64,000 nt of DNA from Parasitella parasitica NRRL 2501 (GCA_025201805.1 MU619254.1:272164-336163), one strand, 5' to 3'; numbered from the stretch's first letter, positions 50,405-64,000 are shown. Notes: generated from the sequence alone by a model not told the origin. Made by a program: numbers and translations.

Positions 50405-52255
50405 TTAGTCAATCCAAATAATTTTAATAATATTATGGATTGTATTTGTTGTAAAGAACTTAAGTGATTTGAGAGTGTGCTTAGCATTGAGCTGCTCTTG
50501 TGGCTGCTGCTGCTGATGGATGGTATTATGTTGGAAACTCTTGTTCTGCGTTTGAGGTTGCTGTAAGGATTTTGGGTTCAATAAAACAAATCTAGTGGCT
50601 GTGGAAATGTATGAAATTTGATTTAAACTGGTATTTACACTAAAAGCAAAATGAATAATGGGTTGATTTGAGATTTGATTGAAATCAATGAGCAATTGAT
50701 ACACTCCAGGCTCATTATTTACTCTTTTGATGGGTATTAAATGCTGATCGTTTATCCAGATCTGTGGCTGCGGGTTGGACCAGTTTGGCAATCCTCTTGA
50801 GTTTCTGGTCTGTACTGTAAAATTAAAGTCTGGTTTGATCTGAAATTCAGCTGTCCATTTAGTAGATCTGTATCGGTTGAGGAAGAAGGTGCAAGTGGCA
50901 ATAATCAGGGTAGAGACGAACGCAGCTTTGATGAACTGGTAATGGTCAAAGTACCAGTAGGTTTGTGCAGTAGCTGATGCTGTTGCCGGCGGTGGAGTTG
51001 TAATGGTTGAGATGGAATTGCAACTGGAATTGGCATCATTGGCTTGTTGCTGCTGTCGAAACATGACTTCCTCCTTCATAACTTTAAGCATTTGCTGTCT
51101 TTCTCTTGTTCTCTTGAGCAGTTCAAAGATGGATTTGTTTTCAATGGCACAGAATTGATCAACGGCTAATATTTGATAGGTGGCAACTCGAGGGACATTC
51201 AATAGCGTACACTCCATAACCTGCAAACGTCCAACTGGATCATAGTGTGTTACATTTTGTCGCTTCTTTTGGAAACTAGGTTCTTGTCCAACTTCAAGAT
51301 TTCCTAGATCAAGGCACCGTACTTTGTATTCAGTCAACATGTCTGCAAAATGGCTTTTTTGCTTTTCATCTCGACTTAGAGTTAACGGCAGTACATAAAT
51401 ACCCAATTTACGAAGCGAGCAGAGCAAATTTAAATCACATTTAGTCTTCTCGTCGTCTTGACCATCATAGAAATAGACACAAAGGTCAATTCCGTTCGGT
51501 GTGGCTTCTGGATACATGAACCCTGTGAATTTATAGTCTTTTATCTTATCTTCCATCCAGGCAGCAGGCAGTTCTCTTGGGTTGGGACACTGATCCCAAG
51601 CATATTTGAACAAAAGATTATCAGCATCATTTGAAAATCGAATAGCATTGGAATTCCAAGTAAAGTCAGCCTCAATCATCGATACACCCACATCCTCGCA
51701 AGTTTCTGAGAGCAGTTCTGGTGCATCCTCATCGCTCAAGAGTATGATGTTGTGTTTAACCTCTTTGAAAGGAGCAATGGGTTGTTCAAATAGATTATTC
51801 GTGCTACTACTGTTACTTTGAATACTACTAGCAACATTAGGGCTAGAGTTCGGGTTAAAGTGATGACTACTGCTGCGGTGATGCTGCAACACATGTACAA
51901 ATCCTTGACTTAATTTTTTGAATATTTCTTTCTTTTGATCCTCACTGGTTGATCCCATAAACAACACTCTGTACAGGGCAGGGTGCTCAAAATAATCACT
52001 TTTGAAAGCAGAGGTGCAAATGGATGAAGTACTAATTTCTTTTTCGACATGTTCGATACGTTCGACCAAATGGGATTGGTTATATATTTCGTCAGCTTCA
52101 CTTGGAGATATTTCAATAGAGTCATCGCCATACGTTATATTGGAGCTTATTCCGCTGCTCGTTCTCCAGGACACTATCGCATTACGGTTATACTCAATTT
52201 TAATATTTTGCTGATATGGAGATTTACCTTCTTGCCGTTTCACCAACTTGTGCAT
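50405..52255 (-). CDS. Hypothetical 616-aa protein with a predicted C-proximal TM helix and weak septin-like segments
   Basis: Long intact intronless ORF after a CT-rich leader; hydrophobic segment FIKAAFVSTLIIATCTFFL. Confidence 0.8.
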   Translation of the reverse strand: MHKLVKRQEGKSPYQQNIKIEYNRNAIVSWRTSSGISSNITYGDDSIEISPSEADEIYNQSHLVERIEHVEKEISTSSICTSAFKSDYFEHPALYRVLFMGSTSEDQKKEIFKKLSQGFVHVLQHHRSSSHHFNPNSSPNVASSIQSNSSSTNNLFEQPIAPFKEVKHNIILLSDEDAPELLSETCEDVGVSMIEADFTWNSNAIRFSNDADNLLFKYAWDQCPNPRELPAAWMEDKIKDYKFTGFMYPEATPNGIDLCVYFYDGQDDEKTKCDLNLLCSLRKLGIYVLPLTLSRDEKQKSHFADMLTEYKVRCLDLGNLEVGQEPSFQKKRQNVTHYDPVGRLQVMECTLLNVPRVATYQILAVDQFCAIENKSIFELLKRTRERQQMLKVMKEEVMFRQQQQANDANSSCNSISTITTPPPATASATAQTYWYFDHYQFIKAAFVSTLIIATCTFFLNRYRSTKWTAEFQIKPDFNFTVQTRNSRGLPNWSNPQPQIWINDQHLIPIKRVNNEPGVYQLLIDFNQISNQPIIHFAFSVNTSLNQISYISTATRFVLLNPKSLQQPQTQNKSFQHNTIHQQQQPQEQLNAKHTLKSLKFFTTNTIHNIIKIIWID

Positions 52256-54489
52256 AATATTAATTTGAATGTTGAGTCAAAGCGTAAATAAATAAAGAGG
52301 CGCAGTTGCTGTTTGTAGAGTTAGTTTTCACAGAGAAGGTGGTTACAAATAGAGAGAAAGAAAGAGAGAGAGAAAAAGAGAGAGTGTGTGCGAGAGAAAA
52401 AGGGAAAAAAAGTGAACTTATGACCAACAATCAGGTTCTATCTCTTTCATAGCGAACACTAATCTCATTAGTATGTGACTCGATCCTAGTCCAAAACGAC
52501 TCAATCTAATAGCCTTTGTCTACAACATCTGGATGTCCAAGTAACCAGAGATCAGAAGTTCAAAGACGGGGTCTTCAAGTGATGGACCACCCAAGAATAA
52601 TAGACTTTAGCAATGATCTGGGTTAACATCAATCTGATTCTGAGGAAACTGCATGACATGTACTATGTGTAAGGTAGCAGGCTGCACATATGTCACAACC
52701 AAGGTCCCAACAAACTAAAACACTTGCATGTACAAATTAGACTATTATGATACTATTCTTGTCTTAAAAGTACCAGAAGTGTAGTAAGAGCCACCCGTCT
52801 AGCGTCAAAGCATCAATTGACAGACTCTAGAAGTTCATTAACCAACATATAAGGAGAAACGAATAAAACTAAATACTTGCTTTCCAATAAAGCACTTGGA
52901 AAATGTGATCACAAGTGAATGCAACTACTTAAGTAGCAATTCAAAAAGTTTGGTAAGGAATGCCATAATATGGCCTCAAAACAATAAAGTATCCACGAGT
53001 CTGGTAGATCAAAGAAAGCCACACTTGCTTGTGTGTTTTTGCTTGCTGTTCCCTATGCTAACTACGGCTATCATATAATATACGTATACTGAATGACATT
53101 TGGTGCATAGACAATGTCGGACACATTGCTGAATCATAGTTTAAAAGCCAAATGTTGTTTTAAAGCGACAAAAACCGTGGTTTATGGACGACATTGAATC
53201 AGTTTTGTAATAATGTATCAAGTCCTGGCAAATTCAACGATAAAAGAACAATAGATTACGTTTACGTTAATCACAACCATATTTTTGATGGTGCCATTCT
53301 CCATAATAGGAGAAAATGGGTATCATGTTTCACTAAGTGCATCCACGGGATCTTGAATCTACAAGGTGCCAATCCAAGTTCCATGGAAGATGCAAGTATA
53401 ATACAAAGCTCGCTGAGCGGCATACTTGAAGACACATTAGCTAAAGTATGTACTGTATATCACCAGCAACACAATTGTTTTCATTCACTTAAACTTACGA
53501 GTGAACAGCATGTCTTTGCTCAACATTTGTATTTATGTATTTATTTAGCAAAGAGGCTTTTTTTTAACGACATACAAGGTTTAGATAGACAAAAGTCATT
53601 TGGCGGCGGCCAGCGATCACAGGACTTTAAACATGTATATTATTATGAGATCAAAGATTGTTCGAAAAGTAACCTGTTCTGGTGCATTCTAGTATACGTT
53701 TGACTTGAGGGATTATTCTATATAAAGACAATGTACTGCTATAATACACAGATAGTCTCCAACAATTGTATTTCATTCATGTCCTAAAAATGTATCGGCT
53801 AGTTTTACGGATTCGGGTTGATCTCTGCAACTCAAATACATCGTGGTCCCAAGACAAGTTGCCGTGAAATATGCAAGACTAATCTACCTGCAACAACTTA
53901 CAGCATAAGACTTGTACATCTTCATCCACTAATGCAGAAAGCTAAATGATTGAACCGGAGATCAACAAGAACTTTTGAAAACGTATGTAGTGAAATTTGC
54001 ATGGATTTTACGTGTGGAGTAAATGAAACCATATAGTGGTTAGACAATTAATTATATCACACAACTTTCGCTCCAGTCGGTTCTCCTTTTTGCAGTGTAT
54101 TATTGTAAACAATTGTTTAAAAATGGTAATTTGTGTATACTAGATCCTTACATGGTTCATATCAGATCAAGCGGAGATATGTGGAAGGAGCTGTCAAAGA
54201 GTTTTGACGATTTCATGTGGATTCATTATTGAAACTATACAACCACAGGACTATTTCGGTGTTGGCATGAGACAATTCGTAACCATAGCAATTTGCCTAC
54301 TAGTTATGCTATGTTGAATACAGAATTAATGACCCAAATGTCTTTGCTCATTCTGAAGCATGTACTCCGCTCTAGTTACTTGTTTCCTTCTTGCATCTTC
54401 ATTGGGTAACATCATATAAATAATACCTGAAAGTTAACCGATCTTTTTTCACTCCTTTCTTTTCTTAACACAATAACACCAAGGTATAT

Positions 54490-56248
54490 ATGTTCCTTTC
54501 TAAAGGAAAAACAAAAAGCTTGAGAAGACGTACGAAAGCAAAGATTTCAACGCCAGTGGCTCAGGTCAAGGCATTGGAATCACCAAAAAAAATCATTAAA
54601 GCCCTGTATGACTATCAAGCCAAAACCCCTCACGAAATTACATTTAAAAAGGGTGATTTTTTCCATGTTACTGGAAGAGAAAATGATACAGATTGGTTCG
54701 AAGCATGCAATCCGGCTTCGAATCTAAAAGGAATTGTGCCTGTTCCTTTTTTTCAAGTGATTGATAAAACAGATCGCAATTTGGCTGTCGATCGGCCTTC
54801 GTCTTCATCAACTGCCTCATCTACTTTGACTTCAGAACTTGATTCTGGATTTTCCGACATCTCCATTCATGGTAAGTTTAGTGTCTCTATTGTTTGAATG
54901 TGCATGTGTGTGCTTGTGTGGTTTTGCAAGGGGAAATACAGAATCGGGAACTCCAATTACCGCTGTATACTAACATTGATATTATATTTTTAGGCCATAA
55001 CAAAAAGAAACACCAAATTTATGGAGTTGTAATGTATGATTTTAAGGCCGAGAGACCTGACGAATTGGAAGCACAAGCTGGAGAAGCCATTGTAGTAATT
55101 GCCCAATCAAATCATGAATGGTTTGTTGCAAAGCCTATTGGCAGACTAGGAGGGCCAGGCCTGATTCCAGTGTCATTTGTGCAAGTGCGTGATGCTTTGA
55201 CAGGTGAATTGATTGATCAGAATGAACCAAATTCGACGCTTTTACCTAGCGTAGATGATTGGAAAAAAATGACACAAAGCTACGCAGCATCGAGTATCCC
55301 CTTGGGCGTTTTTGAGAATAGATCGACAGTATCAGGTTCTGGACATGTTCCTGCTGGCACAGTAACTGCCTCTAGAGCCTCTGAATCTTCTTCAGAATTG
55401 GATCAATTTGATATTGTTACCTATGCTTCGATTGATTCGTATATTTTGGAGGGAGATCAGTATTGGTTTGTGGTTTATGCGCGCGTAAATCAAAGCTGCC
55501 ATCGTATCCTTTATCGATTATATGAAGGTAAAATATGAACTCCTGTAAAAAGAAGCGAAGCATTGAAGACTGACCAAAACACGTAGATTTTTATGATTTT
55601 CAAATCAACTTGCTGCAAAAGTATCCAGTTGAAGCTGGCACAGCTGACCGAGAAAGAATTTTACCGTTTATGCCTGGGCCCTTGGATTTTGTAAACGATG
55701 AAATCACTGCAGAGAGACAGGTCGATTTGGATCAATACTGCAGGGACCTTTTAAATCTTCCGCGATATGTGTCAGAAAGCGAAATTGTTCAGAAACAACT
55801 ATTTGGGCTCCATGATGGAGATATCGAACTTGACTATGATCCTCGAGTAGAAAACAGTGAAAACAATTTGACCCCTCAGACAACAAACAACAGCATGAGT
55901 CGCACACCCTCATTTCAACCTACATCGTCCTTATATCACCAGCTCATTACAGAATCAAACGCTACAACATCTTCAACTGTCGCGCAACAACAAATTAAGA
56001 TCAAGATCATTTATAAAAATGACATATATGCAATGAAGGTACCTGCCGATTGTTCGTTGGATTATTTGGAGTCAAAAGTGCACGACAGAATTGGATCTAA
56101 TATCGCACTAGAATACAAGAACGAAGCAAGTGATGAAAACAAGCCTTTAAAGAGCAAATTAGATATGGAAGAAGCATTTGTGCAGGCAATTCAAAGAGGA
56201 AAATTGACTGTAACTGCCATTTCTAAGATAGCTGATAACGAGCAGTAA
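54490..56248 (+). CDS. BEM1: Polarity scaffold Bem1/Scd2 (SH3-SH3-PX-PB1)
   Basis: PKKIIKALYDY; YDFKAERPDEL...WFVAKPIGRLGGPGLIPVSFV; PX LYRLYE/DFYDFQI...ERILPFMPGP; PB1 IKIKIIY..DIYAMKVP. Confidence 0.93.
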
Positions 56249-58738
56249 TGTATAATCTATTCCTTACCATCTTTTTTTTTTCTTTCGCATTTATTACTCT
56301 GTTTTTCAAGTTGTACCATTAATGTTCATACCTCTTTTCGCTCAATTTTCTCTCAACTGTAAAATGCATTGTCTTCAATTTCCTATATATCGAAGTAAAA
56401 TAATTCCTACTTTTTCAAAATTATGGCCAGTAATAGGAGTGATGCAAAATCAAAATTTCTCGTAAAAGGTTACATGTCAACTAGATTGGTCAGCTGGATG
56501 TTATTAGAACGTAAACAGCCAATAGAGTGCTGAAAAAACGTTAATAGTTGGTAATGATTGTGCAACAAAATGAATTCTAAAGTAGTACTTGACAATAATC
56601 AATTTTCCCCACCAAAACTATCTTGCAACAAATAGCAACAAATATATTTGTTGCAAAAAGACGCTTAAAAGTTTCACATTTTTGAAACAAAGAGTAATCT
56701 TTTAGAGCTTCTTTGAGCGTCAAGGTAATCTCTGAAAGCAAGTTTACAACATAAAATTGTGAGACCAAAACTGTCCATCAGTAGTATCTATTTTTGCGTA
56801 CGAAAGACAGAAAATGAAGCGAAAACTCTTTTAAAAGTAGCGTTACAGCAAGATAATTAAATGGTTGAATCTTGAGATGCTCAGAACATCGCGTATATTA
56901 TAGTACGAAAAATAATACTTCTTCTACCTAGCGAGTAAAGTATTTTTCATCAAACATGCATAATAAACAGAGTATAGTAGTCATTGATCTCGTCTTCAAT
57001 TTCTTAGCGGTTCGCAAGCCTTTTGACGTTTTCTCAACTAAACACATTGTATCTATACCATCCCGCATTTGTAATGACACTCCTTGCTGGTTTGTTCAGT
57101 TCTTTAAATTCAACACGATTTTCTCATAAAATGAAATTATGGATATACTGAATAAAAAACCAAATAGAATATCTATGCTACACAAAACATTTATGTCTCA
57201 CAACGTAACTCGCAAAGCTATCTTAATGATCGGCTTGAATTCAGTAGTATTAGGCAGTTGAGTGACAGAATAGGCATAAAGTACATGAACACGAAACGTG
57301 TTCGAGCACTACCGAATAAATTCAGGTACACTTAGCGGAATATCTGGCCGATTACAACGTTTAAGAAGTGCTTATACTGAGCTAGCAGTAAAACGACATA
57401 GCAGCGTATGGTAGTTTTATAGGACGTACTTACCTGTAGACAATCATTGCAGGCTCTACTTTGATCGAGTCCCCGTTGGAATAAGTTAGTATCACCCAAC
57501 AAAAAAAAGTTATTCTCCGTATATCTGGGTTTTTTATCCACTCATTTGACATGAAAATAATCTGATAAAGAAAACAGGACCTTGCACAAAAGAGGTGATA
57601 TAAATGAACTATTTGTACGTAGCTGCACCGATTTGCCACCCTTAAAAGATCCCGAGATGCCGAGTTTGGAACAACCTCTTAAATGTGAATTCAATCAGTA
57701 GTCCAATTGTTGAGACGAAGCAGACTTGTTCTTATGGCCATCCAAGTATACATATAGAGCATATCCCATTGACAGACCAAACAGCTCAACTGAATTTTTT
57801 GTTAAATATTTGGCTGGTATTTATACCATGATTATCAGTGAAAAAAAAAGAACGTGTAACTTGAAATGCTTCGTGAGAAATATATTATACATACACCAAG
57901 GGTTTTTGAGTAAGAGTATAATTACCCTTCTGCATGCAAGCAGCAGAGGGTGATACGGGTGCGAATGAAAGGGCTAATGGAGACATGAAAGTTGCACAAC
58001 TCAATTCCAAGCGTTCTCCTTGTTTTATGTATACATATTATGGTGTTAAATGTTGAACCTTGATTAAATGCTGATTTGATGGTGCGCATCCAACCCAATC
58101 AAAAGGAGCACCTGATCAATTGAAAATATGATGCTATATTTTGTACTGCTTTCGAAAATATACTTGCACTTTTCCTACTAACTTATTCCCACAGCTTCCT
58201 GACATAAAATTGTATATACATGTTCCAAGCATTTATGGACATGAGAATGGTCTATATTTAGTATGATTAAACTCTCAAAAGCGATGTTATATATACTTGT
58301 ATACAAACAAAAGCACATGCTGCATATCCTCCCAAATAGGTTCCCATCTTTGAGCGTGAATCGCTTATTTATATAGCCATTTTATCCTTTATTAGCCTTT
58401 CTTTTTGTGGGGCAATCATTGCTTTCCTATAGGCGGAAACTCAAACAGATCTCCGGCCTATTCCGTCATTTGCGTTAAATGCGGGGTAAAGAACCTTCTA
58501 CCTATTTTTTTTTGCATGACCCTGTGAACCTGTTAAAGGTGTATTATTCTTTTTGTGTAATAGCAATTTGTCATGGTTCTCCTCTATTCAATGAAAGGCT
58601 TGCTTTTCACCCTTTAGTTATCTATCTGGTGATCCATTGAAACACCGATAATTCTTGAGCATATGTATATATATCCCAATTTCTTAAAATTATCCACGCT
58701 TCTCCTTCCTTTCTTTTCCAAAAAGTTAATTATTAATC

Positions 58739-60181
58739 ATGCCCGGTAAAATTGTTGTTAAGAACCCTGTAGTCGATCTTGATGGTGACGAAATGACCAG
58801 AATTATCTGGAAATTCATCAAGGACAAGCTCATTTTAAATTATCTCGAACTTGATATTAAATACTATGATCTCAGTGTTGAGAACCGCGATGCTGTAAGT
58901 TTGTTTCAATGCTTCCATCACCAATGCTAAAATTCATGTATGTAGACCAATGACCAAGTCACCATTGATGCTGCTGAAGCCATCAAAAAGTACAATGTCG
59001 GTATTAAATGTGCCACAATTACGCCTGATGAAGCCCGTGTTGAAGGTAAGATTATGTGCTGCCGGGAGAGAGAAACTCCTCACTTTCCCACCCAACGAAT
59101 GTGTTATTAATCACCATAACGATAAATAGAATTCAAACTCAAGAAGATGTGGAAATCTCCTAATGGCACCATTCGTAACATCTTGAATGGTACTGTCTTC
59201 CGTGAGCCCATCATTGCCAAGAACATCCCTAAGCTCGTCCCTGGATGGACCAACCCCATCATCATTGGCAGACATGCTCACGGTGATCAATATCGTGCTA
59301 CTGACTTTGTTGCTCCCGGTCCCGGTAAGTTTGAAATGACTTACACTCCTGCTGATGGCTCTGAGCCCAAGAAGTTTGAGGTTTTCAACTTTGAAAAGTC
59401 TGGCGGTGTTGGTATGGCCATGTACAACACAGATGAGTCCATTGAAGGTTTTGGTCATGCCTGTTTCCGCGTTGCTCTCGAGCGCAAGATGCCCTTGTAT
59501 TTGAGTACCAAGAACACCATCCTCAAGGCATACGACGGTCGTTTCAAGGATATATTTGAAGAAATCTATCAAAAGAGTTACAAAGCTCAATTCGAGGCCG
59601 CTGGCATTTGGTATGAGCATCGTCTTATTGATGACATGGTTGCTCAAGCTCTCAAGTCTAACGGTAACTTTGTTTGGGCTACCAAGAACTATGATGGTGA
59701 TGTTCAATCTGATATCATTGCCCAAGGTTACGGCTCTCTTGGCCTTATGACCTCTGTCCTTTATACTCCTGATGGTAAGACTGTCGAGGCCGAAGCTGCC
59801 CATGGTACCGTTACCAGACATTACAGAGAGCATCAAAAGGGCAACAAGACCTCTACCAATCCTATTGCCTCCATCTTTGCTTGGACTCGTGGTCTCGAGC
59901 ATCGTGCCAAGTTGGATGAAAATGCCGACTTGCTCCAATTCTGTAAAGATTTGGAGAGGGCTTGTATCGAAACCATTGAGGTTGACAAACACATGACAAA
60001 GGATTTGGCTTTGATTATCTACGGCAAGGAGTAAGTTACTGAGATACACAGGCTGTGGCATGCATAACTAATTATATTTGATGCACCTAGGATGACCGCT
60101 GACCACTATTCTACTACTGAAGACTTTTTACAACAGATCGCTGACAAGTTGGCTTATATTCGTAATCGCGCTTCTCTCTAA
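58739..60181 (+). CDS. NADP-dependent isocitrate dehydrogenase without mitochondrial presequence
   Basis: [65 protein letters not shown]; three introns; ends IRNRASL*. Confidence 0.96.
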
Positions 60182-60499
60182 AACCTTCACCATTTCTATA
60201 CATATTTCCAGTATTTCCATCAACTCATAAAATAAAATAATTCAATAAAAAATAGAGACGTATAATAATAATTCATTCAATTTGCATCACAGCAAGCGCT
60301 GTATTACTAATCTCCATCATCTTGATTTTAAATCTGTAAACCTTATCGATCAGGCACTGTCCACCAGCTGTACATTTCGACAGCGATAAGAAACTACTAC
60401 AGCCTGGTGCTCCTAAACCATGACAGTACATTAATTTTGTTTATTTATTTTTTTAAATTATGAAATGAACAGCAGCACAATCTACAAAAAAAGACACAT

Positions 60500-62612
60500 T
60501 TATTCGCAAGGCTCCAAAACCTTGGTGATTTTGCCAATTGCAATAGTCTTTCCTTCATCACGCAGCGTGAAACGACCAAGTTGAGGAAGTTTATCAAATC
60601 TTTCGACACAAACGAAGCCATTAACAGTCTTAATTCTGGCAATGGCCTTTTGGCCTTGCTTGACAAATTGAGGGGGTCTTTTAGTCTTCTTACCCGTCTT
60701 TTTATCAATCAAATGAAGGAAAGCAGAAATTTCGATTTCTTCAGCAGCAGCATGAATGTGTAAAACAGCGGAATAACCAGCACAGATAATATTCTTGTGA
60801 TCAAGGATAGCAAGTTGCGCTTCGAATTGATTTGTGGTGCTGACGGGGTTCTTCTTACTGCAAATAACAAAACCAGGCATAACATCTTCCTCGTCAATAC
60901 CCTTCAAACGCATTCTAATGTTGTCACCACACACAGCTTGTTCGATCTCATTTTCAGTTTCATCAAAAATGGCAGAAATCTCAGCGTTGTGCTACAGCAA
61001 GATCACTACATTAGTTTGACTAATTCACAATCCATCAATTGATCCGTATATCTTACCTTGTTGGGCATAATGAGAACTTGATTGCCCTTTTTCACATGGC
61101 CAGCCTCAATCTTACCAACAACAATAGTACCCATATCCTGTATAAAAGACTGGAGTAAGATATATGAAGCCATCGCTATTCAAGTCCTAAAATTTACCTT
61201 ATACTTTTCAGTTATAGGAAACATAAGAGGAGCATTCAACTTTCTGTCATTAGTCTGGTAATCGTCCAAGAATTCCAGGAGAGAAGGTCCGTTGTACCAA
61301 GGACAGACCTTGGTGTCACGATCCTTAAGATTGGCACCAGAAAAACCAGACAAAGGCATAAAGTGAATATCTGTTTTGGGATTGAAGCCAGTTCCTTTCA
61401 AGAAAGGTGTCAACTTTGTGACAATTTCATCGTATCTGGCCTTGTCCCAGTTGACTGTGGGGTCATCCATCTTGTTAACAGCCACTATCATCTTGTTGAT
61501 GCCAGAGGTCTTTGCCAACATAGTGTGCTCACGGGTTTGACCGCCACGTTCATAGCCAGTTTCGAATTCACCTTTTCGAGCAGAAATGACAAGAACACCA
61601 ATATCAGCTTGAGAAGCACCTTGGATCATGCTAGGAACGAAATTCTTGTGGCCAGGCGCATCCAAAATAGTATAGCGACGCTTATCGGTTTCGAAATAAG
61701 CTCTACCGGTTTCGACAGTTTTACCCTGAGTCCATGCAAAAATCTCAGTATACTACTTTCTTTTTTCATTCGTACGAATAAACTCGATTTACCTTGGCTC
61801 TCTCCTCAGTATTAGTATCCAATGCCCAAGAAAGATACCATGATTCTCTACCGGCCTCCTTGGCCTCTCTCTCATACTTTTCCAAAGTACGCTTATCGAC
61901 CATGCCGGTCAAATAAAGAATATTACCACCCATAGTTGATTTACCAGCATCTACATTCGATTGATGAGTACAAGCCACTAAACTGACACATAAAACGCAA
62001 CACTTACCGACGTGACCCATAAAGACAACGTTCAAATGTTCTTTGCCGTATAAATCAACAGCTACCTCATCGTCGACTTCCTCCTCCACAGGGACAGGTT
62101 CAGGAGTTTTGGACTTGAGTGGTTCGGCAGCAGTAGCCTTAGCAGTAGCAGGTTTGAGATCAGCAGCCTTGGAAGCAGCAGAATTGGGAGCAGTAGGTTT
62201 AGGGACAGCAGATGCTAGTGCGTAAAAAAAAAGGTTGAGTCAATCAAGCAATTTTAAAGTCTATCAAAGCATACCATTAGGCTTAGTCTCAGGATGCTTT
62301 GCAGCCTTAGGTACGACGGGGGCTAATAAAAAATAATAAATTATAGGTTAGTCAACAAAGCAATGAAATGAATCAGCATCAAATAGAGAATTATTTGCAA
62401 TAGTCTCTGATATGATGTCCTGATGAAGTATTGCCTTTTATTTTACCTGGCTCAGCAGCGGCAGGAACAGGAGCTGGAGCTGGAGCTGGAGCTGCAGCAG
62501 GAGGTGCGCCAAATGATGGGACAAATGCCTTTGCGCCAAAATTGGGCTTCCACTCAGAAGCAGAAGGGTTTAAATTCATCTTTGAGAAGGAATTGGTAGT
62601 ATCTTGACTCAT
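60500..62612 (-). CDS. SUP35: Translation termination factor eRF3
   Basis: KEHLNVVFMGHV/DAGKSTMGG, REAKEAGRESWYLSWALD, DAPGHK, NKMD, LGRFTLRDEGKTIAIGKI; several introns. Confidence 0.96.
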
Positions 62613-64000
62613 TATCTAAATCTGTAAATGAAGCAAAGAGAAGGAGGCGGCTGTTCTTGCACTAATGTAATAAAATATTTTTTTTAATGAACGTCATAAA
62701 TCACGTGTGGCACATACAGTGCATGTTTTGATTTCTGACAATGGATTGACCAAAATGTTGATGTGTGATTTATCACAACTGATTAACTAAAATTGTATGA
62801 TAATGCTAGTTTTTGAGTTGCAAGATTATTGACTTGACAAATATGTAATGGTGAGGTGATTGTTCCAAAAAGGGATGTTGGAAATGTGATATCTTCAAAC
62901 GAGATATTACGCTGCATGACAGCTTATTTAATGTACAGTACCGCATCAATCGCTGCTAAATGTTTGCATCAAATACCCAATACCCTATTATTTCTCAATA
63001 TGATAAATTTTTTCACACCAAAAATTTGCCTTATCGTATAGCAACTGTTATGGTCATGAAAGGGTTATAGAATGCATTCATGAGTAAACATCACACTTTC
63101 TAAATACCAATGAACTGATTTTCGCGATTCGATAAAATTTGCGCTCGTTATAGTTGATTCAGATGCTTTGAATCACACCAAATAGCTTCCAGTAGTCAAT
63201 GGTTGCCATCCGACGCAGTTTTAACAAAAAAATTTGTTGATAAATAAAAAGTAGATTTTTTTTTAATATCGAATAGAAGGGAATTCTTTATACTTTCCCA
63301 ATTAACATTAACACTAATTGCAACCGGCTCTTACTAGGATCTGCAGGACAACCAAGAAAAATAATTATAAAAAGAAAGACAGAATTTCGTAGATCTGACC
63401 ACAAAAATGCTATCGATTAATCAGAAAAGCTTAAAATTACTTAGGTAAAGATCCGTTAATTATATTCAAAATAGAGGGTTTATATACTTTCTACGAACTG
63501 AGCGAAGCGATTTGAGAAAAAAGGTATTAGTAATGAGATCCGGATGATAGGGTTGTGTCGAGCCCAAAATTCTATGTCATATTATTTTATGATCTGATAA
63601 TTTACTCTTTACAACATCCGGTTATAAAATTGATACTATAAACAAATATGCTTTACAGATACATATTACAGGCATGATCATCGCTATATGAGCATAACTT
63701 GCTTTCCTTTGAGCAATGTCTTTATCAAAAGTTATCTGCAAAAACAGTTTTATTTTTCAATATTTATCATAAATATCACATATTTGCTCATAACTTGTGC
63801 TAAAATGACAGTAGAACCGAGATATAACTTGGAAAACTTAGCATTGACTTGGCGCTATCTGGCAACAACATTGACATTCATGTTTTTATCGATATCTATA
63901 AAGTTATCAGATGATATCACAAATTCGCATATCAGAATTGCATATAATCGATGATAGGCTTCGATAAAGAGCAAAATAAACACTGTCTTATGCGCCATAA

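Noticed and set aside
52800-53703. 169-aa plus ORF and coding-like minus-strand fragments
   Set aside because: TTG start, no recognisable domain, and stops in the minus frames. Possibly a decayed gene, but not assignable.
59111-60061. 316-aa antisense ORF over IDH (likewise antisense ORFs over RPS4, GLN1 and SUP35)
   Set aside because: Codon-registered mirror ORFs typical of highly biased genes; no independent motifs.
62323-62446. SUP35 intron hairpin with antisense CTGATGA (hammerhead or snoRNA?)
   Set aside because: No matching GAAA core or stems, no sense-strand C box, and no second hairpin/ACA.
1-64000. Biosynthetic cluster, CRISPR array, rRNA, centromere or telomere
   Set aside because: No backbone enzymes, spacer arrays, rDNA or telomeric repeats seen; neighbours are unrelated housekeeping genes.

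Overview
A gene-dense 64 kb stretch of an AT-rich, intron-rich fungal nuclear genome. Short GT-AG introns and the gene content suggest Mucoromycota/Mucorales; this is an inference. About 24 protein-coding genes are supported: the 5' end of a voltage-gated K+ channel (missed by the ORF track because it runs off the window edge), DNAJC3/P58IPK-like co-chaperone, Yak1/DYRK kinase, zeta-crystallin-type reductase, HSF-domain factor, S8 subtilase, RPL24, RPS4, OSR1/SPAK-type STE20 kinase, COX17, MRPL32, eIF2B-delta, PMT, a Frizzled/Smoothened-like 7TM receptor with a cysteine-rich domain, lipoyl synthase, a LACTB2-like metallo-beta-lactamase, a solo retroelement-ORF1-like gene, PIG-P, glutamine synthetase, GPD, Bem1, NADP-IDH and eRF3, plus two hypotheticals. 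There are three near-identical tRNA-Val(AAC) genes and a candidate intronic box C/D snoRNA. The most notable observations are: (1) all three tRNA-Val genes share an oriented upstream RTCACGTG site and a downstream AAACGTCTYACGRAAA motif at near-fixed distances, despite otherwise diverged flanks; (2) a complete class-F-like GPCR; (3) an orphan, possibly domesticated LINE-ORF1-like gene; (4) an RPS4-intron snoRNA with an LSU rRNA guide; (5) a SPAK-like kinase carrying five RFx[VIL] motifs itself; (6) a 558-bp insert bounded by a 15-bp direct repeat. Two 10-N gaps are assembly features. Gene boundaries were inferred by eye from splice signals and no database searches were run.
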